Positions 1-9,824 of a stretch of 64,000 bases of DNA are shown here, one piece after another. Within the stretch, counting starts at the first letter, position 1. Each line of letters begins with the position of its first letter. Origin of the DNA: an uncultured delta proteobacterium (GTDB taxonomy: Bacteria > Myxococcota > Myxococcia > Myxococcales > Myxococcaceae); NCBI GenBank assembly GCA_963796055.1, contig CAWCKH010000004.1, forward strand, positions 448,001-512,000, written 5' to 3'. Under the pieces are notes generated by a model. The model did no database searches, was not told the origin of the DNA, and saw only the letters and a list, made by a program, of their open reading frames with translations. The translations under genes were made by a program, and so were the position numbers.

Positions 1-414
1 GGGACCGCAGAACCGGAATCCCGCGCTCTGGTAGAGCTGGAGCGCGGGGACGAACGCCGGCGTCGAGCCCGTCTCCAGCCAGACGCTGCGCAGGCCTCGG
101 GCCCTCGCCTCGGCGAGCAGATGCTCGAGGATTGCCCGCCCGATTCCCCTTCCGAGGAACGCATCCGCCACCCGCATCGACTTCAGCTCACCGCGTTCGG
201 AGTCCAGGACCTTGAGCGCGCCACAGCCGGCGATCTCCTCGCCCACCCAGGCGGACCAGAAGGTCACCCCCGACTGCCGGAGCCGGTCCACGTCGAAGGC
301 GTGCACGCTCTCGGGCGGCGAGCTGGCGTGCATCCCCGCCAGGTGCCGGGAGATGAGGGCGCGCGTCGGCGCACCTGAGAGGTCATCGAGCAGGAAGCGC
401 AGCGGAGGGCTCAC
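1..414 (-). CDS. GNAT N-acetyltransferase (YsnE/YedL-like), 3' end runs off the window
   Basis: Translated by hand from GTG at 414: MSPPLRFLLDDLSGAPTRALISRHLAGMHASSPPESVHAFDVDRLRQ...GELKSMRVADAFLGRGIGRAILEHLLAEARARG..WLETGS. Contains the acetyl-CoA-binding GRGIG motif. Absent from the ORF track because it has no stop in the window. Confidence 0.9.
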   Translation of the reverse strand, partial: MSPPLRFLLDDLSGAPTRALISRHLAGMHASSPPESVHAFDVDRLRQSGVTFWSAWVGEEIAGCGALKVLDSERGELKSMRVADAFLGRGIGRAILEHLLAEARARGLRSVWLETGSTPAFVPALQLYQSAGFRFCGP

Positions 415-474
415 CCGAGGGCGCACGGTAACATCGGTGCCCGGAGCCCGCCGCCTGGCGAGGCGAGGATGCGG

Positions 475-555
475 TCAGGCTTCGCCGAAGGTCATGGTCC
501 CCGGCGCCATCTCGGAGACCCGGAGCCCACTCCTGCCCGGAAGACGGTAGTTCAT
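475..555 (-). pseudogene. N-terminal remnant of a second aldo/keto reductase
   Basis: [26 protein letters not shown] matches the typical AKR start (M.YR.LGRSGLRVS...LGTMTFG). Its ATG overlaps the upstream AKR stop (ATGA); it ends after 26 aa. Confidence 0.75.
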
Positions 556-1544
556 CGGTTCACCGCCGCCATGCCCTGCGCGGTGTAGCGATCGCCCCGG
601 GCGGCTCCGAGGGGGAAGATCTCGTCGAGCGCCTGGAGGTCTGCGGGCGAGAGCTTCACCCTGGCCGCGCCGAGGTTCTCGTCGAGCGTGGCCTCACGCT
701 TGGTCCCCGGGATGGGCACGATGTCCTCGCCGCGGGCCAGCACCCACGCCAGCGCCAGCTGGGCCGGGGTGACGCGCTTGCTCCGCGCCAGCTCCTCCAC
801 GCGGGCGACCAGGTCCAGGTTGCGCCGGAAGTTCTCCCCCTGGAACCGCGGGTTGTTTCGCCGGAAGTCGTCCGCCGGCAGGTCCTCGAAGCGCTTGAAG
901 CGGCCAGTGAGGAAGCCGCGCCCCAGCGGGGAATAGGCGACGAACCCGATGCCCAGCGCCCGCACCGTGGGCAGGATGGACTCATCGACCTCGCGGGTCC
1001 ACAGCGAGTACTCGCTCTGGAGGGCGGCGATGGGATGCACCGCCGCGGCCCTCCGGATGGTCGCCGGGCTCGCCTCGCTCAGGCCCAGGTGGCGGACCTT
1101 GCCGGCGCGGACCAGCTCGGCCATCGCGCCCACGGTCTCCTCGATGGGAACGGTGGGGTCGACCCGGTGCTGGTAGTAGAGGTCGATGACGTCCACCTTC
1201 AGCCGGCGGAGACTGGCCTCGGCGGCCTCGCGGACGTAGGCCGCGTCTCCGCGGACGCCGGCGAACTCCCCGTTCGGGCCGCGAACGTTGCCGAACTTGG
1301 TCGCGAGGACGACGTTCTGCCGGCGGCCGGCGATGGCGCGGCCGACCAGCTCCTCGTTGCGGCCCACCCCGTACATGTCCGCGGTGTCGAGGAAGTTCCC
1401 CCCCGCATCGAGGTAGCGGTGGATGACGCGGATGGACGCGGCGTCGTCCTGCTGACGCGGGTCGTAAAACTCGCTCATTCCCATGCACCCGAGGCCGATG
1501 GCCGATACCGAGAGGCCCGAGCTGCCCAGAGTTCTTCGTTCCAT
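552..1544 (-). CDS. Aldo/keto reductase
   Basis: [73 protein letters not shown] before ATG 1544. Confidence 0.95.
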   Translation of the reverse strand: MERRTLGSSGLSVSAIGLGCMGMSEFYDPRQQDDAASIRVIHRYLDAGGNFLDTADMYGVGRNEELVGRAIAGRRQNVVLATKFGNVRGPNGEFAGVRGDAAYVREAAEASLRRLKVDVIDLYYQHRVDPTVPIEETVGAMAELVRAGKVRHLGLSEASPATIRRAAAVHPIAALQSEYSLWTREVDESILPTVRALGIGFVAYSPLGRGFLTGRFKRFEDLPADDFRRNNPRFQGENFRRNLDLVARVEELARSKRVTPAQLALAWVLARGEDIVPIPGTKREATLDENLGAARVKLSPADLQALDEIFPLGAARGDRYTAQGMAAVNR

Positions 1545-1608
1545 GGTTGACTCCTTCGAGAGTGCGTTCCGGCGGAGCGTGATCTCTCCCAAGGCCGAGG
1601 TCGCCACC

Positions 1609-2577
1609 ATGCCGACTCCTCCGTCTCTCTTGCCCAATCCACCGGGCACGCCGCCCCCACCGCAGGGCGCTCCGGTTCCCGCCGCCACCGCGCGCATGGC
1701 CGAGCTGCTGCGCACGCAGGCCGACCCTTCCGCCGGAGCGCGCTGCCCGCTCCCGGGGGTGCACTACCTCTGGGCCGACCGGCCGTCGCCGACCCATCCG
1801 CTGGTGTACGAGTCGGGCATCTGCATCCTCGCCGCGGGTCGGAAGGTGGTCCGGCTCGAAGACCAGCAGTTCACGTACGACGCGGACAATTTCCTGGTGC
1901 TCTCGGTGCCGCTGCCGCTGGAGTGCGAGGTCTTCGCCTCTCCCGAGGAGCCAGTCCTGGGATTCCGGCTGGACCTGGACCCGGTGGCGCTTGCCGAGCT
2001 CATCCTGGAGGCGGGCCCGCTCGAGGCCCCCGCGGAGACGGCGAGCGCCCCACCGCAGGGCATCTTCGCCTCTCGCTTCACCGACGGGCTGCGCGACGCC
2101 TGCCTGCGCCTGGTGGAGTGCCTGGGGCGGCCGACCGACGCCCGCATCCTCGGCCCGGGAATCATCCGGGAGATCACCTACCGGGTGCTCTCCACCGATC
2201 AGGCGCACGCCCTCCGCGCCGTGGCGGTGCGACACGCGCGCTTCACACAGATCAGCCGGGTGCTCCAGCGGATCCACCGGGACTTCGGCTCGGTGCTTTC
2301 CGTGGAGTCGCTCGCCGCCGAGGCCGCGATGTCGATGAGCACCTTCCACGAGAGCTTCCGCGCGGTGACCCGGACCTCGCCGCTGCAGTACTTGAAGGCC
2401 GTCCGGCTCCACAAGGCACGGACGCTGATGGTCCACGAGGGGCTCACCGCCGCCGAGGCGGCAGTCCGGGTGGGTTACGAGTCCCCGTCGCAGTTCAGCC
2501 GCGAGTTCAAGCGGCTCTTCGGGCGACCACCGGCGCAGGACGCGGCGGCCTCCCGGGCCTCGCTGATGTCCGGCTGA
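1609..2577 (+). CDS. AraC-family regulator with AraC_N (YqhC-like) domain, divergent from the AKR
   Basis: [16 protein letters not shown]-domain; C-terminal [19 protein letters not shown]...SPLQYLK...[18 protein letters not shown]. Start uncertain. Confidence 0.9.
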   Translation: MPTPPSLLPNPPGTPPPPQGAPVPAATARMAELLRTQADPSAGARCPLPGVHYLWADRPSPTHPLVYESGICILAAGRKVVRLEDQQFTYDADNFLVLSVPLPLECEVFASPEEPVLGFRLDLDPVALAELILEAGPLEAPAETASAPPQGIFASRFTDGLRDACLRLVECLGRPTDARILGPGIIREITYRVLSTDQAHALRAVAVRHARFTQISRVLQRIHRDFGSVLSVESLAAEAAMSMSTFHESFRAVTRTSPLQYLKAVRLHKARTLMVHEGLTAAEAAVRVGYESPSQFSREFKRLFGRPPAQDAAASRASLMSG

Positions 2578-2665
2578 CCGACCCGTCAAGCAACGCCGGG
2601 ACCGGCGGGTGTCCCCGGGGGAAGGCACCGCGACGGCAGACACCCCCCGACCAGGAGCTCGAGAC

Positions 2666-4039
2666 GTGCATCCTCCCCCAACCCCTTGCCGGGTCCTTCC
2701 GGTCCTCCTGTGGGTGATGGCGCTGTGCGGCTGCGGAGGACAGGCAGTCCCCCCGGAGGCCGAGCTCACGGCGAGGGACGTGACGCTCCCCGGAGTCGCG
2801 GCGGTCAAGGTCGAGGCGTGGGAGCACCGGAAGTGGGTGGTCCTCGTCGAGACCCTGCAAGAACAGCTGCTGGTGACGGCGCCCGCGCGCAAGCTGGTCT
2901 GGCTCGACGCGGACCTCCAGGTGGTCAGGGAGCACGTCCCACCCGAAGGCCGCTTCCTGATCGACTTCGCCGTGCATCCCTCGGGCGCGGCGACCCTGGT
3001 GGAGCTCGAGCCGGCCCCCGGGGCCGATCTCTTCCTGAAGCCGATCAAGGCCTGGCTGGTTCGCGTTCTCCCCGACGGCTCGGAGCTCACCTTCGCGCTC
3101 GACTCGGGAATTCCAGAGACCGGGGAGATACCTCCCTTCCTCTTCTCGCTCGACCGGGCGCGGATCTCTGCCGTGGGAGAGGGGGTGCTGGTGGCCATGC
3201 GCTGGTCCGACAACTCCGTCCGGGCCCACCGCCTGGAGTTCGGGGACGGTGGGTTCCATCCGTCGTGGACCACGGTGGTCGAGCCTCAGGCGCAGCTCCT
3301 GGCGATCGGAATCATCGGAGGTGGGTTCGACAACTTTCACCAGGGCGACCGATCGGCCTTCCTCCACCTCGAGATCGATCCAGCCGGAGCTGCGTACGTC
3401 GTCGTCCCGAGCACACCGGAAGTCCTGACCGCCCACGACGCGTTCTTTCGCGAGCACCTGCTCGAGGGCGCGGACCAGCCGCACTTCGACTACGGAGTGG
3501 CGATCATCACCAGGCTCTCGGCCGACGGGCAGCGCACCTACGCCACCCTCTCGGGTCTGGGTACTGGCAAGCGCCTGCTGAGCATCCGGGCGACGGCGGA
3601 GGCGCTCTGGCTGACAGGGCGGGCCCGGACGGGAGGGGAGCCCGAGGACTGGGATGGCTGGATGCAATCCTTCGACCCCGCGACCGGCCATCCGCTCTCC
3701 GAACGACTCGTCGACGTCCAGGGCGGCGACATGTTCTGGGAGCTGGCGCCGCTGGGCCAGGGCTCGGTCCTGGGCGTCGGCTCCACGAACTACACGCAGA
3801 ATCCCGCCGGGTTGAGCGTGAGCGATGCGCGGGACGACCTCGCGGTCGTCCTCGGGCCCGACGGAACGGTGCGGAAGCAGATCGCGCTGCCGCCCGGCCC
3901 GGTGGGTCGTGGAAACGAAGTCACGTCGGTCCGGGTGATCGAGGGCCGCTGGGGGATATTCGCCGGGGTGAAGAACGCACCCGGCACGCACGCACAGGTC
4001 TTCTCGGACGCGTTCCTGAGTCTGCGGGGGTTCCAGTAG
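2666..4039 (+). CDS. Putative lipoprotein, beta-rich (possible propeller), function unknown
   Basis: GTG start after AGGAG; hydrophobic segment and lipobox LLWVMALCG-C; coding-like codon usage. Confidence 0.7.
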   Translation: MHPPPTPCRVLPVLLWVMALCGCGGQAVPPEAELTARDVTLPGVAAVKVEAWEHRKWVVLVETLQEQLLVTAPARKLVWLDADLQVVREHVPPEGRFLIDFAVHPSGAATLVELEPAPGADLFLKPIKAWLVRVLPDGSELTFALDSGIPETGEIPPFLFSLDRARISAVGEGVLVAMRWSDNSVRAHRLEFGDGGFHPSWTTVVEPQAQLLAIGIIGGGFDNFHQGDRSAFLHLEIDPAGAAYVVVPSTPEVLTAHDAFFREHLLEGADQPHFDYGVAIITRLSADGQRTYATLSGLGTGKRLLSIRATAEALWLTGRARTGGEPEDWDGWMQSFDPATGHPLSERLVDVQGGDMFWELAPLGQGSVLGVGSTNYTQNPAGLSVSDARDDLAVVLGPDGTVRKQIALPPGPVGRGNEVTSVRVIEGRWGIFAGVKNAPGTHAQVFSDAFLSLRGFQ

Positions 4040-4104
4040 GACCCTCCCTACCCCGGGACCGGCGGTCCGGCACCGAGCGGCTGGCCTCGCCGCCTGCCGG
4101 CGGT

Positions 4105-7100
4105 ATGGTGCGCGCGGTGGACGCGGCGGCGACCCTGCACATCCGTCTGCTCGGCGGGCTGAGCCTGGTGCACGGCGACCAGGCGGTGAACGCGATCCAC
4201 TCGCCGCGTCTGCACTCGCTCCTCGCGTACCTCCTGGTGCACCGCGACGCGCCCCAGCTGCGACAGCACCTCGCGTTCACCTTCTGGCCGGATTCCAGCG
4301 AGGCCCAGGCGCGCAACAACCTGCGGCAGCTCCTCCACGAGCTTCGGCACGCGCTGCCCGAGGCAGACCGCTTCCTCGTCGCCGACAACCGGACCGCGGG
4401 CTGGCGGGCCGACGCGGCGTTCGAGCTGGACCTGGCCTCCTTCGAGAAGGCGCTCGCCGAGGCCGCTGCCTCCCGGGGTGACGAGCGCGAGCGGGCGGCC
4501 CTGGAGCGCGCGGCGGAGCTCTATCGGGGCGACCTCTTGCCTGGCTGTTACGACGGGTGGATCGCGGAGGAGCGCGAGCGGCTGCGACAGCTCCACCGAC
4601 GCGCGCTGGGCCGCCTCGCGGAGCTGCTGGAGGCGGGGCGGGACTACCACGACGCCGTACGCGCCCTCCAGCGGCTGCTGCACGACGAGCCGACCGACGA
4701 GGAGTCCTGTCGCGCCCTGATGCGGGTGCTGGCGCTCTCCGGGGACCGAGCCGGGGCGCTGCGCCTCTACCGCGACCACGCCGCGACTCTCCGGCGCGAG
4801 CTGGGCGTCGAGCCGGGCACGGAGCTGCGGCAGGCCCACGAGGCGCTCCAGCGCGACCTGGCCACACCGGTGCGCGAGCCGCCGCTCGACGCCGGGTCTC
4901 CCCTGGTGGGTCGCGACCACGAGTGGCAGGTGCTCCTCGAGGCCTGGCGCGTCGCCAGCGGCGGAAGCCCGAGCTTCGCGCTCATCACCGGCGAGCCGGG
5001 GATCGGCAAGTCGCGACTCGCCGAGGAGCTCCTCGCCTGGGGACGCCGGCAGGGAGTCACCGTGGCGGCCACCCGCTCCTACGCCACCGAGGGCCAGCTC
5101 TCCCTGGCGCCGGTGAGCGAGTGGCTGCGGACCACACCGGTGCGGCGGGCGCTCCTCCGGCTGGACCCGATGTGGCTCACCGAGGTCTCGCGCGTGCTGC
5201 CCGAGCTGCGCGCCGAGCGCCCCGAGCTGCCGCAGCCGGAGCCGATGACCGAGTATGGCCAGCGGCAGCGCTTCTTCGAGGCCCTGGCCCGCTCGGTGCT
5301 CGCGGCGGCGCAGCCCATCGTCCTGCTGGTGGACGACCTGCAGTGGTGCGACCGCGAGACGATCGAGTGGCTGCACTTCCTGCTCCGGTTCGACCCGCAC
5401 GCACGGATGCTGGCGCTGGGAACGGCGCGCGACGAGGAGGTGCCGGTCGACCACCCCTTGCGGGCTCTGCTCCTGCACCTCCGGGCCGGCCGGATCCCGG
5501 TGACCGAGATCGCGCTCGACCCGCTGGACGCGGCGGAGACCGCGATGCTGGCGGCGCACATCGAGCGTCGCGAGCTGGACGAGAACGTGGCGCTCCGGCT
5601 GTTCCACGAGACGGAGGGGAACCCCCTGTTCGTGGTGGAGATGGCACGGGCCGGTCTGGGCAGGGGGCCGATCCTTCCCTCCAAGATGCAAGCGGTCATC
5701 GAGTCGCGCCTGGCGCAGCTCTCGCCGCCTGCGCGCGACCTGGCCCGGCTCGCCGCCGCGATCGGCCGCGGCTTCGGGCTGGATCTGCTCCTGGAGGCCG
5801 GCCAGACCGCCGAGGATGGGGTGGTCAGGGCCCTGGACGAGCTGTGGCAGCGCCGCATCGTCCACGAGCTCGGCGCCAACCACTACGACTTCACCCACGA
5901 CAAGCTGCGCGAGGTGGCGTACGCCGAGATCGGACCTCCGCAGTGCCGGTTCCTCCACCGCCGGATCGCCCAGGCCCTGGAGAAGCTGCACGCCGGGGCG
6001 CTGGATCCGCTGAGCGGCAGAATCGCCGCCCACTACGAGCGGGCTGGGCTGGATGCGCAGGCGATCGAGCACTACCAGCGGGCGGCGAGCGTGGCGCAAC
6101 GCACCTATGCCAACGAGGATGCGATCGATCTGCTCCGTCGCGCCCTCGCCCTGGTCGAGCGCCAGCCCCAGGGTCTGGCGCGCGACTCGAGCGAGCTCCG
6201 GATCCAGCTGGGCCTGGCGCGGCTCTACCGGATGACCAAGGGCTGGACCTCGCCGGAGGTCGAGCGCAGCCTCGACCGGGCGGTGGGCCTCTGCGACACC
6301 GTGGGCGATGACGTGCAGCGGGCCCAGGTCTTCTACGGACTGCAGTCGCTCTACGTGGTCCAGGCGCGACTGGAGAAGGTGCAGCTGGTCTCGGACGAGC
6401 TGCAGCAGCTCTACCAGCGCACGCAGCATTCGTCGTCGCCGCTGGAGAGCATGATGATGCTGGCCGGCTCCCGGATGCACCTGGGCCGCATCGCGCAGGC
6501 GAGCGAGGAGTTCGAGCGGGTCCTGGCAACGACCGACCCCTCGCAGGTCCAGCGCATCGCCGAGGAGCAAGGCTGGAACTCCGCCGTCCACGGCCGCGCC
6601 TGGTACGCGCATGTCCTCTGGCTGCAAGGGCGGGCGGACACGGCCCTGGCCAACGGGCTCGATGCGGTGCGGATCGCGGACGAGCTGGGGCAGCCCTTCA
6701 ACCAGGCCGTGGCCGCGACCTACCTGGCGCTGCTGCAGCAGCTGCGGGGAGACCTCGAGACGGCGCGGACGTACGCGGCGAGGGCGCTGGCGATCACCAC
6801 CGAATCCCGGGCTCCGTACTATCGGGCCTGGTCCGAGATCCTGGTGCGCCACGCCGAGGCGACGAGCCAGCCAGACGAGAGCAGGCTCGGCGCGCTGCGC
6901 TCATCGATCGAGGTATTCCGGGCCAGCGGAGCGCGGCTCCGGCTCCCCTACTACCTGGGGCTGCTCGCCGGGGTCTGTGGCCGTTCAGGACGTGCTGCCG
7001 AGGGCCTGTCGGTGGTGGACGAGGCGCTGGCCGAGGCCCGGAGCAACAACGAGCGCTGGTGGGATGCCGAGTTGCATCGGCTGCGCGGCGATCTCCGCCT

Positions 7101-7329
7101 CGCCGAGGGTGGCGCCCCGGAGGAGGCCGCCGCCGCCTACCGGCGCTCGGTGGAGATCGCCCGGAGCCTCGGGGCAAGGGCCCTGGAGCTGCGGGCCGCC
7201 ACCAGCCTGGCCCGCCTCCAGCGCCGGCCCGGACCGCTCGCGGAGCTGATCCGCACGTTCCGTGAGGGCGCCGGCACCCCCGACCACGCCGCGGCCCGGG
7301 CGCTCCTGAACGAGCTAACGGCCGACTAA
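4105..7329 (+). CDS. SARP/BTAD regulator fused to AAA ATPase and TPR-like repeats
   Basis: IRLLGGL, LLAYLL, FWPDSSEAQARNNLRQLL, ELYRGDLLPG (BTAD); Walker A GEPGIGKS; Walker B LLVDDLQW; TEGNPLFVVE; C-terminal WWDAELHRLRG...LELRAATSLARL. Confidence 0.92.
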   Translation: MVRAVDAAATLHIRLLGGLSLVHGDQAVNAIHSPRLHSLLAYLLVHRDAPQLRQHLAFTFWPDSSEAQARNNLRQLLHELRHALPEADRFLVADNRTAGWRADAAFELDLASFEKALAEAAASRGDERERAALERAAELYRGDLLPGCYDGWIAEERERLRQLHRRALGRLAELLEAGRDYHDAVRALQRLLHDEPTDEESCRALMRVLALSGDRAGALRLYRDHAATLRRELGVEPGTELRQAHEALQRDLATPVREPPLDAGSPLVGRDHEWQVLLEAWRVASGGSPSFALITGEPGIGKSRLAEELLAWGRRQGVTVAATRSYATEGQLSLAPVSEWLRTTPVRRALLRLDPMWLTEVSRVLPELRAERPELPQPEPMTEYGQRQRFFEALARSVLAAAQPIVLLVDDLQWCDRETIEWLHFLLRFDPHARMLALGTARDEEVPVDHPLRALLLHLRAGRIPVTEIALDPLDAAETAMLAAHIERRELDENVALRLFHETEGNPLFVVEMARAGLGRGPILPSKMQAVIESRLAQLSPPARDLARLAAAIGRGFGLDLLLEAGQTAEDGVVRALDELWQRRIVHELGANHYDFTHDKLREVAYAEIGPPQCRFLHRRIAQALEKLHAGALDPLSGRIAAHYERAGLDAQAIEHYQRAASVAQRTYANEDAIDLLRRALALVERQPQGLARDSSELRIQLGLARLYRMTKGWTSPEVERSLDRAVGLCDTVGDDVQRAQVFYGLQSLYVVQARLEKVQLVSDELQQLYQRTQHSSSPLESMMMLAGSRMHLGRIAQASEEFERVLATTDPSQVQRIAEEQGWNSAVHGRAWYAHVLWLQGRADTALANGLDAVRIADELGQPFNQAVAATYLALLQQLRGDLETARTYAARALAITTESRAPYYRAWSEILVRHAEATSQPDESRLGALRSSIEVFRASGARLRLPYYLGLLAGVCGRSGRAAEGLSVVDEALAEARSNNERWWDAELHRLRGDLRLAEGGAPEEAAAAYRRSVEIARSLGARALELRAATSLARLQRRPGPLAELIRTFREGAGTPDHAAARALLNELTAD

Positions 7330-7434
7330 CGCTCCGGGCAGTCTGCTGGTCCAGGACCGAGTTTGGCGCGAACGCTCCGCTCACGGTGGGTGCGTCAGCC
7401 TCGCGGCAACACGCTGGACCCAAAGGAGCAAACG

Positions 7435-8820
7435 ATGAGCAAGCTGAACGAGACGGCGGTGCAGGATTTCAGATCCCGGATGCGGGGCGAGGTCATCCGG
7501 CCGGGAGACGGCGCCTACGACGAGGCGCGGAAGGTCTACAACGGGATGATCGACCGGCGACCGGAGATGGTCGCCCGCTGCGTGGACGTGGCCGATGTCA
7601 TGGCCTGCGTCAACTTCGCCCGGGAGCAGAAGCTGGTGCTCGCGGTGCGGGGCGGCGGGCACAGCGGACCGGGCCTCGGGGTGTGCGACGGCGGCCTGGT
7701 GATCGATCTCTCTCGGATGCGCAGCATCCGCGTCGACCCCACGGCCCGCACCGTGCGCGTCGAGGGCGGGGCGAAGTGGGCGGACGTCGATCACGCGACG
7801 CATCCGTTCGGGCTCGCCACCCCCAGCGGATTCATCTCCAGCACCGGAGTCGGGGGGCTCACCCTCGGCGGAGGCATCGGCTACCTGTCGCGCACCCATG
7901 GCCTCACCATCGACAACCTCCTGAGCGTGGACATGGTGCTCGCCGATGGCCGCTTCGTCGTCGCCAGCGCCACGGAGAACAAGGACTTGTTCTGGGCGGT
8001 GCGCGGGGGCGGCGGCAACTTCGGGGTGGTGACCTCCTTCGAGTACCGGCTGCATCCCATCAGCCAGGTCTATGGCGGCCCGATGATCTGGCCGCTCGAG
8101 CGGAGCGGCGAGCTGCTCAAGTGGTGGCGCAACTTCATCCTCGAGGCGCCGGAGGACATCAACGGCTGGTTCGGGTTCATCACCGTCCCACCTGCGGCCC
8201 CCTTCCCCGAGCAGTACCAGGGCAAGAAGGCCTGCGTGGTGGTCTGGTGCTACTCCGGGCCGCTGGAGAAGGCCGAGGAGCGCTTCAAGCCCATCCGTGC
8301 GTTCGGTCCGCCGGCAATCGACTTCGTCGGTCCGATCCCCTGGCCGGCGCTGCAAGGCATGTTCGACGCGCTCTATCCGGCCGGGCACCAGTGGTACTGG
8401 AAGGCGGACTTCTTCAAGGAGCTGTCCGACAAGGCGATCGACCTGCACGTGAAGTACGGCGCGCAGCTCCCGACCGGGCAGTCCACCATGCACCTGTACC
8501 CGATCAACGGCGCCGCGCATCGCCCAGCCCCGGGCGACACCGCCTTCAGCTTCCGCGACGCCAGCTTCGCCGAGGTGATCGTCGGCGTGGACCCGGATCC
8601 GGCGAACAACGCGAAGATGACCGAGTGGGCGCGGAATTACTGGCTGGCGCTGCACCCACACTCGGCCGGCGGCGCCTACGTGAACATGATCATGGACGAG
8701 GGCGAGGACACGGTGAAGGCCGCCTACCGCGACAACTATCCCCGGCTGGCGGAAGTCAAGGCCAAGTACGACCCGGGCAACCTCTTCCGGAACAACCAGA
8801 ACATCAAGCCGGCGAAGTGA
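7435..8820 (+). CDS. FAD-binding oxidoreductase (berberine-bridge/6-hydroxy-D-nicotine oxidase-like)
   Basis: AVRGGGHS (covalent-FAD His motif), GVGGLTLGGGIG, DLFWAVRGGGGNFGVVT, C-terminal NYPRLAEVKAKYDPGNLF. AAGGAG RBS. Confidence 0.93.
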   Translation: MSKLNETAVQDFRSRMRGEVIRPGDGAYDEARKVYNGMIDRRPEMVARCVDVADVMACVNFAREQKLVLAVRGGGHSGPGLGVCDGGLVIDLSRMRSIRVDPTARTVRVEGGAKWADVDHATHPFGLATPSGFISSTGVGGLTLGGGIGYLSRTHGLTIDNLLSVDMVLADGRFVVASATENKDLFWAVRGGGGNFGVVTSFEYRLHPISQVYGGPMIWPLERSGELLKWWRNFILEAPEDINGWFGFITVPPAAPFPEQYQGKKACVVVWCYSGPLEKAEERFKPIRAFGPPAIDFVGPIPWPALQGMFDALYPAGHQWYWKADFFKELSDKAIDLHVKYGAQLPTGQSTMHLYPINGAAHRPAPGDTAFSFRDASFAEVIVGVDPDPANNAKMTEWARNYWLALHPHSAGGAYVNMIMDEGEDTVKAAYRDNYPRLAEVKAKYDPGNLFRNNQNIKPAK

Positions 8821-8914
8821 ACCCGCCGCCGGCGGCATTTCCGCGCAACGATGGCCCGGGATCGGGTTCCCCGGGGAGGCCAGCGCCCTTCTGCGCTGCC
8901 CTGGAGGAGAACCC

Positions 8915-9427
8915 ATGCGGAAGTGGATGCTCGGCGCGTCGTTGCTCTTGCTCGGAGGGACCGCGCTCGGCGCGTCCGACCTGCTCCTCGCGTTCCGGGG
9001 AGGGATTGGCGTGGAGCCGGTCTCGGCCGTCGACCCGGTCACCGGAGCGGCGACCCCCAACGTGGTCCGAGGGGTGAGCCCCGGCGGGGTTCCCTGGGTG
9101 ATCTCGAAGCTGGAGGCGACGGTCCTTGCCAGCGGCCGCATCGACGTCCGGGGCCGCGGGCTGCTCCTGGCGGGTGGCAACGGGATCGGCACCAACGGCA
9201 ACCAGAGCGTGCACGCGACGCTCTTCTGCGGACCGGCGGCCACCGCCACCGCACACTCCACCGCCGCCGCCGGCGTGCCGCTCGCCTCCAGCGGCGACTT
9301 CCGCATCGAGGACACCCTCAGCCCCGCCCCGCCGAACCCCTGCACCAGCCCGGTCCTGCTGATCGAGAACACCGGCGGCCGCTGGTTCGCCGCGGGGATT
9401 CTGGCCAACGAGCACGGGGACGACTAG
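8915..9427 (+). CDS. Secreted hypothetical protein
   Basis: GGAGG RBS; signal peptide MRKWMLGASLLLLGGTALGA; two Cys. Confidence 0.75.
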   Translation: MRKWMLGASLLLLGGTALGASDLLLAFRGGIGVEPVSAVDPVTGAATPNVVRGVSPGGVPWVISKLEATVLASGRIDVRGRGLLLAGGNGIGTNGNQSVHATLFCGPAATATAHSTAAAGVPLASSGDFRIEDTLSPAPPNPCTSPVLLIENTGGRWFAAGILANEHGDD

Positions 9428-9442
9428 GGCCGGTGCGGTCGG

Positions 9443-9793
9443 TCAGCGGACCAGCCCGTTGACCGGCCCGCCGTGGAAGAACGCTCCCGGGGTCATCACC
9501 CCCTTCTGCTTGAACACCGGGAGCGCGGTGAGGCCCGAGAGGTCGATCACCTCCGCTCCCTCGGGGATGGCGACCTTCGAGCCGACCGCCTCGAACTTCC
9601 GGTCCTTGATCAGGATGATCTGATCGGTGGTGACGGTGCCCGTCGCCGGATCGACCAGCCGCCCCACGCGGACCGCTGTGAACCTAGGCGGGGCCGGGGT
9701 GGCCGGGGCGGGCTGCGCGGAAGCCGAGGTCCCGAGCAGCACGAGGGTGAACAGCAAGCGCAGTCGGGGAACGGCTCGGCTCATCCTCACCAT
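9443..9793 (-). pseudogene. Secreted amidohydrolase with the catalytic barrel missing (in-frame internal deletion)
   Basis: Signal peptide plus amidohydrolase N-terminal beta domain (VGRLVDPATG...IILIKDRKFEAVG...AEVIDLSGLTALP), joined directly to a C-terminal-like tail (VFKQKGVMTPGAFFHGGPVNG). The PG.ID.H.H metal motif expected next is absent. Confidence 0.7.
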
Positions 9794-9824
9794 GCGGTCG
9801 GTCTCCTGGAGGCGACGGGCTTTT

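Noticed and set aside
2686..4104. N-terminal 473 aa of the 1547-aa ORF
   Set aside because: Overlaps the lipoprotein gene in another frame; the real SARP protein starts near 4105.
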